Shown: positions 20,401 to 30,175, numbered from the stretch's first letter. The stretch is 64,000 nt of DNA from Candidatus Poribacteria bacterium (GCA_965207975.1 OZ242315.1:4106449-4170448); one strand, 5' to 3'. The notes: generated from the sequence alone by a model not told the origin. Made by a program: numbers and translations.

Positions 20401-20557
20401 TCAGGAAGAGAACGCCCAGAGGTTAGAAGCACGCGAAAAACGCGTCGCAGCGATGCAGTCAGATGCCCCTCCCTGTCATGATTGCGGGACAATTATGGTG
20501 CGAAACGGTACGTGCTATCGTTGTCTGAATTGCGGCGCGACAAGTGGGTGCTCGTAG
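17402..20557 (+). CDS. nrdJ: Class II (adenosylcobalamin-dependent) ribonucleotide reductase
   Basis: FNSPVWFN, QCSACFI, SNPCSEY, APTGTIG, C-terminal TSCPD-like domain and CxxC...CxxC; alternative start 17387. Confidence 0.95.
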   Translation: MSQPNDFGVNQDSIVAAPSDETADIKAASLEENAQQQGLKIDRRYTLPGVHPFDTIEWEPRSSVIYNEKGEAIFEKNEVEVPSNWSQLAADIAVSKYFRKAGVPETESETSVRQLIQRVAHTIRHAGEAFGGYFATPEDADAFEMELTDLLVMQRGAFNSPVWFNCGLYHQYGIIGGTGNWYWDVEKNSVVQTENNYDHPQCSACFIQSVDDDLMSIFQLVKNEARVFKYGSGTGTNFFKIRGRQEKLSGGGTSSGLMSFLEVFDRGAGATKSGGTTRRAAKMVCLDMDHPEIVDFINWKVNEEKKVAALVAAGYPSDFNGEAYKTVSGQNSNNSVRITDEFMNAYLRGDKWHTKFRTTGEICETFEAKDLMRQISEAAWACADPGMQFDTTINDWHTCANTDRIYSSNPCSEYMFLDDSACNLASINLLKFVDEDGNFDIEGFKHACRIFFIGQEILVDFSSYPTGPIAQNSHDYRPLGLGYANLGTLLMVNGIPYDSEEGYAIAGALTAILCGEAYRASAEMAAVKGPFPSFEKNREPMLHVMSKHRSAAYRINPDVCPPNLLKAAQQTWDDAVEMGERYGYRNAQATVLAPTGTIGLLMECDTTGVEPEFALVKFKKLAGGGYFKIINQSVPRALKKLGYTDKEIDDIVTYVQGTSSLIGSAHINNVSLRRKGFTDEEIGQIEATLPSVFELAHAFNAYTIGEEGMARLGFDPQQYNAPDFDLLGELGFTQQQVEEASKVICGMMTIEGAPHLKAEHLPVFDCANKCGNYGQRYIEPMAHVRMVAATQPFLSGSISKTINMPHETAVEEVEDLYVEAWKLGLKAVALYRDGSKLSQPLSTTRAETEEEEAEVRPIRRRLPNERASITHKFSVAGHEGYITVGFYEDGTPGEVFLKMSKEGSVISGLMDTIATMTSISLQYGVPLESLVNKFSHVGFEPAGFTNNKDIPIAKSIIDYVFRWLGLKFAPQSEALAGGDGSLGDQLAQPQQLLPYEDDINQEENAQRLEAREKRVAAMQSDAPPCHDCGTIMVRNGTCYRCLNCGATSGCS

Positions 20558-20566
20558 GATTGAAGT

Positions 20567-21130
20567 ATGAGGCAGATGAATCCGACAATTAGAAGCATCG
20601 TTGAAGAAGCGTGCAAAAAAGAGGCTAACAAGTATGGGTATGGTATTTGGAGTCATCACATCCTGCTTGTTGTGAAATACGGCAAGCTGCTAGCACAAAG
20701 GTTGGAAGCCGATCCAGAGATTGTCGAAATTGCCGCCTTGTTACACGACTATGCTAGTATCAAGGAAAAATCCCTTACTCCAGAACACCATCTTCATAGT
20801 GCTCAAAAGGCAGAGAAAATCTTAAGATCTCTCGGCTACCCTGAAGATACGATAACCGCTGTCAAGCAGTGTATTGTTTCTCATCGGGGGAGTATCAATC
20901 TGGAGAAACAAACGGCAGAGGCAGTTTGCCTTGCCAGTGCCGATGCCATAGCTCACATTGATCAAATTCCATCTTTGTTTTACCTTGTTTTTGTTCAACA
21001 TCAGATGGAAATTGATGAGGGAACGGCTTGGGTAAGGGCAAAATTAGAACGCAGTTGGAATAAATTATGCCCTGAAGGCAAGGAAATGATTAAGGAAAAA
21101 TACGAAGCCGCCCAGAAGATTGTACAATAA
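20567..21130 (+). CDS. HD-domain phosphohydrolase
   Basis: H...AALLHD...HH...H...ADA motif set; 9 bp after nrdJ. Confidence 0.85.
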   Translation: MRQMNPTIRSIVEEACKKEANKYGYGIWSHHILLVVKYGKLLAQRLEADPEIVEIAALLHDYASIKEKSLTPEHHLHSAQKAEKILRSLGYPEDTITAVKQCIVSHRGSINLEKQTAEAVCLASADAIAHIDQIPSLFYLVFVQHQMEIDEGTAWVRAKLERSWNKLCPEGKEMIKEKYEAAQKIVQ

Positions 21131-21234
21131 GCGCATCTACCTGTCAGAGAACAAGGGCGCAAACAAACACCTTCACCTATTTTGCCTCCGAGTCTCAAGT
21201 TGGAGAAATAACGTTCAATCCTGCCGTTGTTCAA

Positions 21235-22137
21235 CTATCCATAGATTAGGCGCAGTAGATTAAAGCCAATCATCCCCGCCACAACCAAAACGATAAACGC
21301 AAAACAGAAGCGAAGCGAATCGCCTTGTATCCTCTGATTAGCCATTACCCCTACCTGTGCACAGATTGTGGACCCAATTAGCAAAAACACAACCAGCCAT
21401 AAATCGACATTGCCCCGCATTGCGTGAGTAGCGGTCCCATAAGCAGCAGAAAAAAATACGATAAGCGAAGTCGTGCCAACCGCCGCATGTGTCTCAACGC
21501 CATATCCGTAGATCAGCAGCGGCACGAAGAGGATACCGCCGCCAATCCCAAGCAATCCTGTGAAAATACCGATGACGAGTGCTGAATAAACAATTGCCGG
21601 GAGTGAGATTCGGCGAACATCGCTGATGGGAAAGGAAACGTAAGGCGGGATCGGTAGGGCTTGAAGTAAGCTGAGCGGCTGTTTGTGATCGCTTTTTCTT
21701 CTGTGAATCAGCGATTCGATGAGAATCAATCCTGAAACGGTGATAAGCACCCCGAAGAAGAGCCATTGTAGATAAAACTGAAGTGCTGGCATTGATTGCT
21801 TCCCGACACTGATTGCTCCCAGTTTATCCAGCCAGTCGAGCAGATATACCCCAATCTCAATACCGACAAAATTACCACCGACAATCATCAATGCTAGTTT
21901 CGCATCTATATTGCCGAACTTCCAATACCGCAATACGGCAGAGAAAGTGGTGCCGGCTGTCCGAGAAAGCGTACTTCCGATGCAAATTGGGAAGGGAATG
22001 CCGAATAGGATATTGAGGATTGGGGTGATTAGCGGTCCCCCACCGATCCCGAAGAAGCCTGATAGGAAACCGCTGATGCACCCTAAAGCAATCAACCCCA
22101 AGATATTAACAGGTATGCCACTGATATCGACGTTCAT
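21235..22137 (-). CDS. TauE/SafE (TSUP) family membrane transporter
   Basis: Duplicated GxxGIGGG motifs, AVGT, many TM segments. Confidence 0.9.
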   Translation of the reverse strand: MNVDISGIPVNILGLIALGCISGFLSGFFGIGGGPLITPILNILFGIPFPICIGSTLSRTAGTTFSAVLRYWKFGNIDAKLALMIVGGNFVGIEIGVYLLDWLDKLGAISVGKQSMPALQFYLQWLFFGVLITVSGLILIESLIHRRKSDHKQPLSLLQALPIPPYVSFPISDVRRISLPAIVYSALVIGIFTGLLGIGGGILFVPLLIYGYGVETHAAVGTTSLIVFFSAAYGTATHAMRGNVDLWLVVFLLIGSTICAQVGVMANQRIQGDSLRFCFAFIVLVVAGMIGFNLLRLIYG

Positions 22138-22151
22138 CTAACGTTATAAAT

Positions 22152-22292
22152 TCAAATGTGATAATCAATTTTAGGGTTGTGGGGAGTTGAACGGCCGGTA
22201 CGACGTTCGAGAAAGGTAAAGATCCAGTTAATAAGTGCCCCCCAAGCTATGGGAAAGAGTAAACAGATTAGAACGTTGAGAATGTCTTTCAT
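22152..22292 (-). CDS. Unannotated 46-aa single-pass membrane protein
   Basis: MKDILNVLICLLFPIAWGALINWIFTFLERRTGRSTPHNPKIDYHI*; GGAG RBS; ends 14 bp before the tauE start. Confidence 0.65.
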   Translation of the reverse strand: MKDILNVLICLLFPIAWGALINWIFTFLERRTGRSTPHNPKIDYHI

Positions 22293-22465
22293 GCAGGACT
22301 CCAATTCGATGGAACATCAAAATCTGCTTGTACCGCCCGGCAAAAGTTTGTGATCCCTCCCAAGTTCCCTCCGTATCCGTCCGATTCCCCCAACATCTTG
22401 AGAGTTCTAGACCGCTATCAATAGAGGTCTTGGGGATGTGTACCGTCGTATACTCGCACATCACA

Positions 22466-22494
22466 AGTATAGAGGAAAGCCGTGCTATTGTAAA
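22466..22494 (-). promoter_or_regulatory. Promoter of the small ORF-tauE unit
   Basis: TTTACA-17 bp-TATACT on the minus strand. Confidence 0.55.
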
Positions 22495-22521
22495 GGGAAA
22501 AATCGATCAAATTCTTTTTGC

Positions 22522-22550
22522 TTGCATTTCCTATGGGGGTGTGCTACAAT
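22522..22550 (+). promoter_or_regulatory. Promoter of the EF-G paralog
   Basis: TTGCAT-17 bp-TACAAT with extended TG. Confidence 0.5.
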
Positions 22551-22763
22551 CACCAAGATTTTTAGAAATTTTCAAAGCAGGTCGAAATTTAGTAGATAGC
22601 ACCTTTTTGTCTTAATCGAGGAGATTCTGAAAAGTTTGAAGATAGACGAACCGGGTAGAAATGACATCAGATCTAGCTGATACAAACAAAAACTTTACAG
22701 ACCTGCTTGATTGCATATTTCTGCGATGTTTTTGATTAAACTGCACCGTAAGGAGTTTTTTTG

Positions 22764-24833
22764 ATGAAGGAATATCAGACGGAACAGATTCGGAATATCG
22801 GTATTATTGGGCATTCAAGCACAGGGAAGACTTCGCTCATTGAGGCGATACTCTATAATGGGGGCACAATTGAGCGAATCGGACAGGTTGATAGTGGGAG
22901 TTCAGTTTCAGATTATGCCCCAGATGAAATTGAGCGCAAGATGACAATTAACTGTTCTGTGTGTGTCGCCGAGTGGAAAGGGTACAAGCTAAATATTATT
23001 GATACGCCCGGTGTCGAAGATTTTCATGGGGATCTTGAGAGCGTACTGCGGGTGGTAGATGCCGTTATTGTGGTGATTGATGCAACAACCGGTGTCGAAG
23101 GGGGTACGGAGAAGGTATGGGAAGCCGCTGATAGATATGAACTCCCACGGATGATCTTTATCAACAAGATGGATAAAGAGAACGCTAGTTTTGAAAACGC
23201 GCTTATGAGCGTTGATGAGGTTCTTGAAGCCCGAACGGCTGTGATGCAGGTGCCAATTGGCAAAGAAGCTGACTTTAGAGGTGTCGTTGATCTTATCCAA
23301 ATGGGAGCATTCACAGAACCGCAGGACAATAAGCCTGCTCCAAAATCAGAGACTCCTGCCGAACTTGAAGCACAAGCAGAAGAGATGCGGGAACAACTTG
23401 TTGAAGTTGCAGCGGAGAGCGATGATGAGTTGATTGAAAAGTTCTTTGAAGGTGAGCTCACCGATGAAGAGATTGGAGCTGGACTTCGTACGGGATTAAG
23501 TGCCAATCAGTTCGTACCCGTACTTTGTGGCGATGCTCTGCGGAATATCGGTGTCCAACCGCTGATGGACACGATCACGAACTGCTGCCCATCTCCGGTA
23601 GATGCCAGACCGGTTACAGGAATTGACGGTGAAACAACCTATGAAACCTCCTCGGATTCTCCGCTGTCGGCTTTGGTTTTTAAGACACTGGCAGATCCCT
23701 TCGCAGGGAGACTCAGTTTCTTCCGTGTTTATTCTGGCATCTTCAATGGTGATTCTCAGGTCTACAACGCGACGAAAGGTGAGAATGAACGAATCGGCAA
23801 ACTCGCATTCATGAATGGGAACACCTCTATTGACACCCCCCAAGTCTCCGCCGGCGATATCGGGGTTGTCTCTAAACTAACGCTTGCAGAAACGAACGAC
23901 ACATTTTGCGATGTGGGCAATTCATTCCAACTTCCCGGAGCCGACTTCCCTAAACCTGTTATCTCGTTCGCCATCGTGCCTGCGCGGGAAGGGGATGATG
24001 AGAAACTGAGCTCAACCCTCTCCCGGATGATGGAAGAAGATCCATCATTCCAGGTTGAACGGAATAGCACAACGAAACAACTGCTGGTCTCCGGTCTTGG
24101 CGAGATACATCTCACTGTCATACGCAACCGAATGCGAGACAAGTTTGGCATTGAAACTGATGTCGAAATGCCAAAAGTCTCCTATCAGGAGACAATTCGC
24201 GGTAGGGCGAGTAGTGTCCAAGGTCGGTATAAACGTCAATCTGGTGGACGCGGGCAGTTTGGTGAGGTTTGGATAAACCTGTCTCCGCTCGAACGCGGCA
24301 CCGGCTTTGAGTTTGTCAACAAGATTGTGGGTGGTTCGATCCCGCGTAATTATATCCCCGCGGTTGAGAAAGGTGTCCGTGAGTCGATGGCTCAAGGTCT
24401 GATTGCTGGGTATCCCTTCGTTGATGCCCAAGTTGAACTCTACGACGGTAAGCACCACCCCGTTGATTCCTCGGATATGGCTTTCCAGATTGCTGGCTCT
24501 TTTGCATTTCGAGAAGCAGCAAACCAATCCAATCCGGTGATGCTTGAGCCGATCATGAACGTCACAATCTCCGTCCCAGAACAGTTTATGGGTGACATTA
24601 TCGGCGACCTCAATAGCAAACGCGGAAGAATTATGGGAGTCGAGCAGGCGGGTAAACGTCAGGTGATTCAAGCGACTGCGCCGTTGGCAGAAATGTTCCG
24701 ATATTCGATAGATCTTAAATCGATTACCAGTGCACGGGGCAGCTTCACGATGGAGTTTGCATATTACGAGGAGATGCCCGATGAACTCGCCCAAAAGGTG
24801 ATTGCTGAAGCAAAATCGGAAGCGGAAGAGTAA
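22764..24833 (+). CDS. fusA: Elongation factor G paralog (EF-G2 type)
   Basis: Full EF-G domain layout (DTPG, NKMD, GLGEIHL, QSGGRGQFG, DSSDMAF, LEPIM); divergent G1 GHSSTGKT and switch I RKMTI; not in the str operon. Confidence 0.9.
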   Translation: MKEYQTEQIRNIGIIGHSSTGKTSLIEAILYNGGTIERIGQVDSGSSVSDYAPDEIERKMTINCSVCVAEWKGYKLNIIDTPGVEDFHGDLESVLRVVDAVIVVIDATTGVEGGTEKVWEAADRYELPRMIFINKMDKENASFENALMSVDEVLEARTAVMQVPIGKEADFRGVVDLIQMGAFTEPQDNKPAPKSETPAELEAQAEEMREQLVEVAAESDDELIEKFFEGELTDEEIGAGLRTGLSANQFVPVLCGDALRNIGVQPLMDTITNCCPSPVDARPVTGIDGETTYETSSDSPLSALVFKTLADPFAGRLSFFRVYSGIFNGDSQVYNATKGENERIGKLAFMNGNTSIDTPQVSAGDIGVVSKLTLAETNDTFCDVGNSFQLPGADFPKPVISFAIVPAREGDDEKLSSTLSRMMEEDPSFQVERNSTTKQLLVSGLGEIHLTVIRNRMRDKFGIETDVEMPKVSYQETIRGRASSVQGRYKRQSGGRGQFGEVWINLSPLERGTGFEFVNKIVGGSIPRNYIPAVEKGVRESMAQGLIAGYPFVDAQVELYDGKHHPVDSSDMAFQIAGSFAFREAANQSNPVMLEPIMNVTISVPEQFMGDIIGDLNSKRGRIMGVEQAGKRQVIQATAPLAEMFRYSIDLKSITSARGSFTMEFAYYEEMPDELAQKVIAEAKSEAEE

Positions 24834-24875
24834 ACCGTACTATACTTTTTGCCTCATATTCAGAAGTCGTGCGAC

Positions 24876-24909
24876 AGAAGCCGAGTTTTTGACCAAAAAC
24901 TCGGTTTCT
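24876..24909. repeat. 34-bp palindromic dispersed repeat (AGAAACCGAGTTTT...AAAACTCGGTTTCT family), copy 1
   Basis: Same core at 51474, 53069, 57636-57735 and 59746. Confidence 0.85.
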
Positions 24910-25028
24910 TTTTTGCTCTGTGCTTTGTGAGAGAGTTTTAAGGAAATGGCGGCTGCGAAGATAAAGTAGATTTTGAGGTGTAGGTAAGATGTAAATGTAC
25001 AAGATTTTCACGTTTCACGCATCACGTT

Positions 25029-28000
25029 TTACGCTGCAATCTCATTTCCAAACTTTGCTGAAACAATCTTTGACAAACCTGCTTGCTCCATCGTCACACC
25101 GTACATGATATCGGCGATCTCCATCGTCCGCTTGTTGTGGGTAATGATAATAAACTGGGTCTGTTGGGCGTATTTCCGAATAAGGTTCGTGAAACGGAGC
25201 ACGTTCGCTTCGTCGAGCGCGGCATCAACTTCATCCAGAACACAGAACGGGCTCGGCTTAATCTTGAACACGGCGAAGAGCAGGGCAATGGCAACAAGTG
25301 ACCGCTCCCCGCCGGAGAGTTGTGTGATACTCTGTGGTCTCTTACCCGGTGGGCAGGCGATGATATCAATCCCCGCTTCTAATACATCAGATTCGTCTGT
25401 CAAACGTAACTCCGTTTCCCCGCCTCCGAAGAGTTCCTCAAACACCTCCTGAAAGTTAGCGCGTATCTGCTCAAATGCTTCGAGGAACGTCTCACGCGAA
25501 GTCCGGTTAATCTTCTGAATTGCTTGATTGACCGATTCGAGCGACTTCTCTAGGTCTTCGCGTTGAGTGACAAGGAAATCTTCGCGCTGCTTATGCTCCT
25601 CATACTCTTCGATCGCTACAAGATTAACAGCACCCATTCCGTCGATTTCGGTCTTCAACGTGTCAATCTGTCCCATTAATTCAAGGTCGTCAACCGGATT
25701 ATCCTCGACTTCAATCTGATCGATTGTGATTTGATACTTATCTAGAATTCGGACGGAGATAGCCTTCAATTGCATCTGTAACTGGGTTGTCGTGACCTCT
25801 AGGTGATGCCGCAGGCGATTCTGTTTATCAAATTCTCTCCTCGCTTTGCGCATCAGTTTCTGCGCTTCTGCAATCTGTTCGATTAAGCCGACATGCTCCT
25901 CCTCTAGCTGCCTAACATTTTCCTCAGCCTCGAATTTTTCCTGCTCTATCTGGAGGAATTTGCGTTGCGCTTCATCGATCTGTGAAGAAAGTTCTTCGCG
26001 AGTTTGATCATCCGAATCGATAACCGCTTGATGTTCATCGACCCTGTCGCGAATCTGTGCCTGATTTTTTTGAAGGTTCAGGATTTCAGAACTCAGACTC
26101 TGCAATTTTTCCCGTTTGCCTGCTAAGGCAATTTCAAGTTCTTGACAGGCCTCGATGACTTCCTCTCGTTTACTCTTTTCGCTCTGAATCTGTTCTGACA
26201 ATCGCTCGATGCGTCGTTGTAGCGTGCGGCGCGTCTTGGCAGCTTGCTCCAATTCAGACTGAAGTGCGTCCTGAGCTGCTTTCGCTTTTTCTGTTTCCTG
26301 ATGCAAGTTTATCTCTTCCCGCGCCACACCGTTCAACTGCTCCTCAAGTTGGGTGATCTGCCGTTGTCCCTGTTCCAAAACTTTTGATAAACTTGCATAC
26401 TCAATCTGATGTGTTTGTCCTTGTGTGATGAGGGTTTGCCGGGTCTGTTGGAGTTCCGCTAACTTACCTGCGAGTTTTTTGCTTCTGGTATCCTTTTGGT
26501 TAAGTTGGCTTGTCAGCTGATTAATACGTTCCTGTAGGTTTTCTAGCTCCCTTGAGCGGCTCAGGAGGCCGCTGGTTGAACTGGTGTTATACCCACCCGT
26601 AACCGCGCCAGAAGTATTGATTAACTCCCCCTCCAGCGTGACGAGGCGCGCGTTGTGACGGAAACTTCGTGTTAGTTTTATCGCTGTGTCGAGGTCTTCG
26701 ACCACGACTGTATTTCCCAACAGTTGCTGAACCGCAACCTCATATTTTGAATCGTAGTCTAGGAGTTCAGCTGCCAGACCGATTACACCCGCCTCCCCTA
26801 GCAAGCCATCACCCTTAAATGGACGAGTTCGCAGAATATCCAAGGGCAAGAATGTCACTCGACCCGCTTTCGTCCGCTTGAGGAACTCGATGCCGGACTG
26901 AGCATCTTCAGCGGTTTCTGTAACGATGTTTTGGATCGCGCTTCCCAATGCCACTTCGATTGCTAATTCGTAGTCCGGTTCCGTTCGGATGAGTTCGGCG
27001 ATGACACCACAAATTCCGCCGAACCGTTCTGGCTCTGTTTCGCGGACTTTCAGGATCGCCCGTACACCTGTGTAGTAACCTTCATGGGTGGCTTGCAAAT
27101 CCTTTAATGACTTAAACCGCGACGCGCTCGTACCGAGTGAATCCTGCATCCCTCGCATCTCCGACTCTAGCTTGCGGAGTTCGGTTTGATAGCGTTGGAT
27201 CTCTTCTTCAGCCTTTTGTCGTTCGGTTTCAAGGCGAATTAGGTCAGCGTTAAGCTGCTGTTCACGTCGTTGGGACTTTGTATAACTCTCTTTTTCTGTC
27301 TCCAGTTCAGCACCTAAGGCGTTTGAGCGTTCTGTAATTCGATCCAGATTGGCAGCTGAATATTCTAGCTTGTTGTTGAGCGACGCAAGTTGTGTTTCTA
27401 GTTGTGAGACCTGATTCGTGGTTTCAAGCAAATTTTCCCGCGCTGTCTCCACGGAATTTTCGGCTTCCGTCACCCGCGTATTGAGTTCGGTCAAAACTCG
27501 CCGCCGCGCGGTCAGCTTGCTTTCCTCCAACTGAAGCCAAACATCAACCTGCCTGTGCTCCTGATCACGCTCCTCCTTTTGCCTCTCCAGTTCCACCGAC
27601 TGTTTCTCCAGCAATTCAATTGCCTGAAGTGCCCGTTGACGTTGCTGCTGAATACTTAGCTGTCGTTCCTTATAAACTGCAATGTCTCGTTCTGTTTGTT
27701 CGATTTTACTAGTGAATCCGCTCACAACCCCTTGTCCCTCGCGAATTAAGCTCTCTAACTCGGCTCGGCGTGCTGTCGCATCCTCGATTTGCTGCTCGGT
27801 GGCATCGATCTGCTCATTGGCTTCTGTCACAGCAAGCATCAGTTCATCTAAGTTGAGTTGGCTCTGAGTCAACTCTTTGGCAAATCGTCCGTGCTCCCGA
27901 CGGCTGAGGTCTAGTTCGAGATTTCTCAGTTGACCATGGAGTTGTTGATAACGTTCGGCTTGTGCAGCTTGCTGTTTGAGCGATTCGGTTTCACGCTGCA

Positions 28001-28592
28001 CCGTGTGAATAACATCATTAATCCGCACAAGGTTCTGCTCAGTTGCTTCTAGCTTTTTAAGTGCCGTTTTTTTACGATGCTTGTATTTGGTGATACCTGC
28101 AACCTCGTCAAACAGGAAGCGGCGCTCTTCGGGACGAGTATTGAGAATGAGATCTATTTTGCTCTGCTCCATGACAGAATAGGCATCCACGCCGATGCCT
28201 GTATCCATGAAGAGTTCAGTAATATCTCGTAGCAAACATGGAGTGTCATTAATAAAATAGGTACTTTCACCGCTACGGGTCAATTGACGACGAACTGCAA
28301 TCTCCGGAGATTCGAGCGCGAGTTTTCCCTCAACGTTGGCGAAATGGAGAGAAGCCTGTGCTCGTTGTGCTGGTTTAAAGTTTGATCCGCCGTTGAACAG
28401 GAGGTCTTGCATATTGGCACAACGCAGGGCGCGAGGGCTCTGTTGACCCAGGACCCAACGAATTGCGTCTGACACATTGCTCTTGCCACAGCCGTTGGGA
28501 CCGACAATGGTTGTGATCCCCGGCTCCAATATTAACTCCACATCTTCGGCGAAACTCTTAAAACCACTGATTTTAATCTGATTGATATGCAA
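25029..28592 (-). CDS. smc: Chromosome segregation protein SMC
   Basis: [14 protein letters not shown], coiled coils, hinge [22 protein letters not shown]. Confidence 0.97.
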   Translation of the reverse strand: MHINQIKISGFKSFAEDVELILEPGITTIVGPNGCGKSNVSDAIRWVLGQQSPRALRCANMQDLLFNGGSNFKPAQRAQASLHFANVEGKLALESPEIAVRRQLTRSGESTYFINDTPCLLRDITELFMDTGIGVDAYSVMEQSKIDLILNTRPEERRFLFDEVAGITKYKHRKKTALKKLEATEQNLVRINDVIHTVQRETESLKQQAAQAERYQQLHGQLRNLELDLSRREHGRFAKELTQSQLNLDELMLAVTEANEQIDATEQQIEDATARRAELESLIREGQGVVSGFTSKIEQTERDIAVYKERQLSIQQQRQRALQAIELLEKQSVELERQKEERDQEHRQVDVWLQLEESKLTARRRVLTELNTRVTEAENSVETARENLLETTNQVSQLETQLASLNNKLEYSAANLDRITERSNALGAELETEKESYTKSQRREQQLNADLIRLETERQKAEEEIQRYQTELRKLESEMRGMQDSLGTSASRFKSLKDLQATHEGYYTGVRAILKVRETEPERFGGICGVIAELIRTEPDYELAIEVALGSAIQNIVTETAEDAQSGIEFLKRTKAGRVTFLPLDILRTRPFKGDGLLGEAGVIGLAAELLDYDSKYEVAVQQLLGNTVVVEDLDTAIKLTRSFRHNARLVTLEGELINTSGAVTGGYNTSSTSGLLSRSRELENLQERINQLTSQLNQKDTRSKKLAGKLAELQQTRQTLITQGQTHQIEYASLSKVLEQGQRQITQLEEQLNGVAREEINLHQETEKAKAAQDALQSELEQAAKTRRTLQRRIERLSEQIQSEKSKREEVIEACQELEIALAGKREKLQSLSSEILNLQKNQAQIRDRVDEHQAVIDSDDQTREELSSQIDEAQRKFLQIEQEKFEAEENVRQLEEEHVGLIEQIAEAQKLMRKARREFDKQNRLRHHLEVTTTQLQMQLKAISVRILDKYQITIDQIEVEDNPVDDLELMGQIDTLKTEIDGMGAVNLVAIEEYEEHKQREDFLVTQREDLEKSLESVNQAIQKINRTSRETFLEAFEQIRANFQEVFEELFGGGETELRLTDESDVLEAGIDIIACPPGKRPQSITQLSGGERSLVAIALLFAVFKIKPSPFCVLDEVDAALDEANVLRFTNLIRKYAQQTQFIIITHNKRTMEIADIMYGVTMEQAGLSKIVSAKFGNEIAA

Positions 28593-28724
28593 CGGATGTT
28601 CCTCCTCCGATAGACAATTCGCAAGTTACATTTTTATTAACGTAAGTTAACCGATAAGGTTTCGGTGTTACGCTAGAAAAATCCGTTGCAGGTCGATAGA
28701 ATATACCCATATCAACTGTTTCCT

Positions 28725-29861
28725 TCAATCCTTGGAAAAGTTTTGGTTCAGTGCGTCTTTAATCTCTGTAATAATTTCTGTCTCAACTTCCGTGTCTAAA
28801 CGCGTCTGTAGTGCTTTTCTTGCCGCTTTACCACCAATCTGCCCCAATGCCCATGCAGCATGGCCACGAACTAGGGGCTCGTCATCGTTCAACGCCTGCT
28901 TGAGGGCAGGCACTGCAGCGCGATCCTTCCAATTACCAAGCGCGACCGCAACATTTCGGAGAAAGCCGCGTCGTTTCGCTCGCTTGATTGGACTGTTCCT
29001 AAAACGTCTACTAAACTGTTCCTGTGTCATGTTGATAAGTGATAGCAGCGTGGGTGCGAGATTCCCCTTGCGTGGATAAAAGCCGCGCTCCTCTGTTGGT
29101 ACAGCCTTACTGTTCCAGGGGCAGACTTCCTGACAGATATCGCAACCGAAGATTAGGTTATCTATCTGTGGGCGGAGCTTGTGCGGGATGCTCCCTTTCA
29201 ACTCAATGGTAAGGTAGGAGATGCACAGCCGGGAATCCAAAATATTGGGTGCTAAGATCGCATCGGTGGGGCACGCCTCGATGCAGCGGGTGCAGGTGCC
29301 GCAACTTCCACGAAGCGATAGTACGTCCGTATCCAACTCGATGCTGACTAAGATGCCCGCGAGAAAAAACCAAGAACCTGCCCGCCAGTGGATTATATTT
29401 GTGTTTTTAGCAATCCATCCGAGTCCCGCCCGTTCAGCGTACTCCCGCTCAAGGACCGGAGCGGTATCTACATAAACTCTGGTTTTAACATTTTCTTCGG
29501 CGGTCTGTTGGACAAATGTCGCCAACTGATCTAATTTTGATCGGATAAGACGGTGATAATCCGTTCCCCACGCATATCGAGAGATCTGTCCACGGGCTGG
29601 GTCTTCCGCAAGTGATTTAGGCGGGTCAAGTGTGTAGTAATTAATCGCTAACGCGATAATTGAGTGGGCTTCGGGGAGGATCTGGCGCGGATCTCGCTTC
29701 AGCGGTAGATGCTTTTCTAGATAATCCATATCTCCCGCATGACCATCTTTCAACCACTGTTCGTAACGATCAACCGTCTGGCTCGGTTCAACGGGGAGGA
29801 TACCAACCAATTCAAATCCAAGTTTTTGTGCTTGAACCTTAATCTGTTCTGTCAGATTCAT
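28725..29861 (-). CDS. queG: Epoxyqueuosine reductase with C-terminal HEAT repeats
   Basis: ISRYAWGTDYH, VDTAPVLER, CGTCTRCIEACPT, GCDICQEVCPWN. Confidence 0.95.
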   Translation of the reverse strand: MNLTEQIKVQAQKLGFELVGILPVEPSQTVDRYEQWLKDGHAGDMDYLEKHLPLKRDPRQILPEAHSIIALAINYYTLDPPKSLAEDPARGQISRYAWGTDYHRLIRSKLDQLATFVQQTAEENVKTRVYVDTAPVLEREYAERAGLGWIAKNTNIIHWRAGSWFFLAGILVSIELDTDVLSLRGSCGTCTRCIEACPTDAILAPNILDSRLCISYLTIELKGSIPHKLRPQIDNLIFGCDICQEVCPWNSKAVPTEERGFYPRKGNLAPTLLSLINMTQEQFSRRFRNSPIKRAKRRGFLRNVAVALGNWKDRAAVPALKQALNDDEPLVRGHAAWALGQIGGKAARKALQTRLDTEVETEIITEIKDALNQNFSKD

Positions 29862-29879
29862 ATTTTTGTTGAGTGTGTA

Positions 29880-29995
29880 TTGACGTACTCCTCCACCCTA
29901 AAGGGATGGGGCATTGACCGCAAGATTAGGCAGCTGTCTATCGGCGAAACAGTACCACTTACGGTAAAATGGGGGACGGACTCATAAAGAGCTCA
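29880..29995 (-). ncRNA. Orphan IS200/IS605 right-end element, TnpB omega-RNA-like, in the queG leader
   Basis: Minus strand ends AATGCCCCATCCCTTTAGGGTGGAGGAGTACGTCAA (subterminal hairpin plus TCAA); two further hairpins at 29934-29952 and 29955-29972; no tnpA/tnpB in the window. Confidence 0.5.
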
Positions 29996-30000
29996 CTGTT

Positions 30001-30029
30001 ATCGTAGCAGCGATTTTTTCTGAAGTCAA
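30001..30029 (-). promoter_or_regulatory. Promoter of the structured leader and queG-smc
   Basis: TTGACT-17 bp-TACGAT on the minus strand. Confidence 0.6.
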
Positions 30030-30072
30030 AGGATTTTTTTCGATAAAAAATGATAGATGCCCAAAAAATTGC

Positions 30073-30101
30073 TTGACACGGAATAATAGTTGTTATATAA
30101 T
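30073..30101 (+). promoter_or_regulatory. Consensus sigma70 promoter of rpoBC
   Basis: Perfect TTGACA-17 bp-TATAAT. Confidence 0.85.
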
Positions 30102-30175
30102 ACTGCGTTACGCCCGTTTCAGACAACAAAATTCAGAAATGCCCTTATCCCCTAATCTCAAGGTCAGGTGAAAGC

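Noticed and set aside
22340-22420. c-di-AMP (ydaO) or SAM-I riboswitch
   Set aside because: Only short fragments resemble the consensus, and they are in the wrong order
25029-28592. SMC as a Wadjet/Lamassu defence component
   Set aside because: Canonical housekeeping SMC with hinge; no jet or lmu partner genes
29862-29995. preQ1 or cobalamin riboswitch upstream of queG
   Set aside because: Neither the preQ1 stem-loop consensus nor a B12 box is recognisable; the 3' end fits an IS200/IS605 right end better
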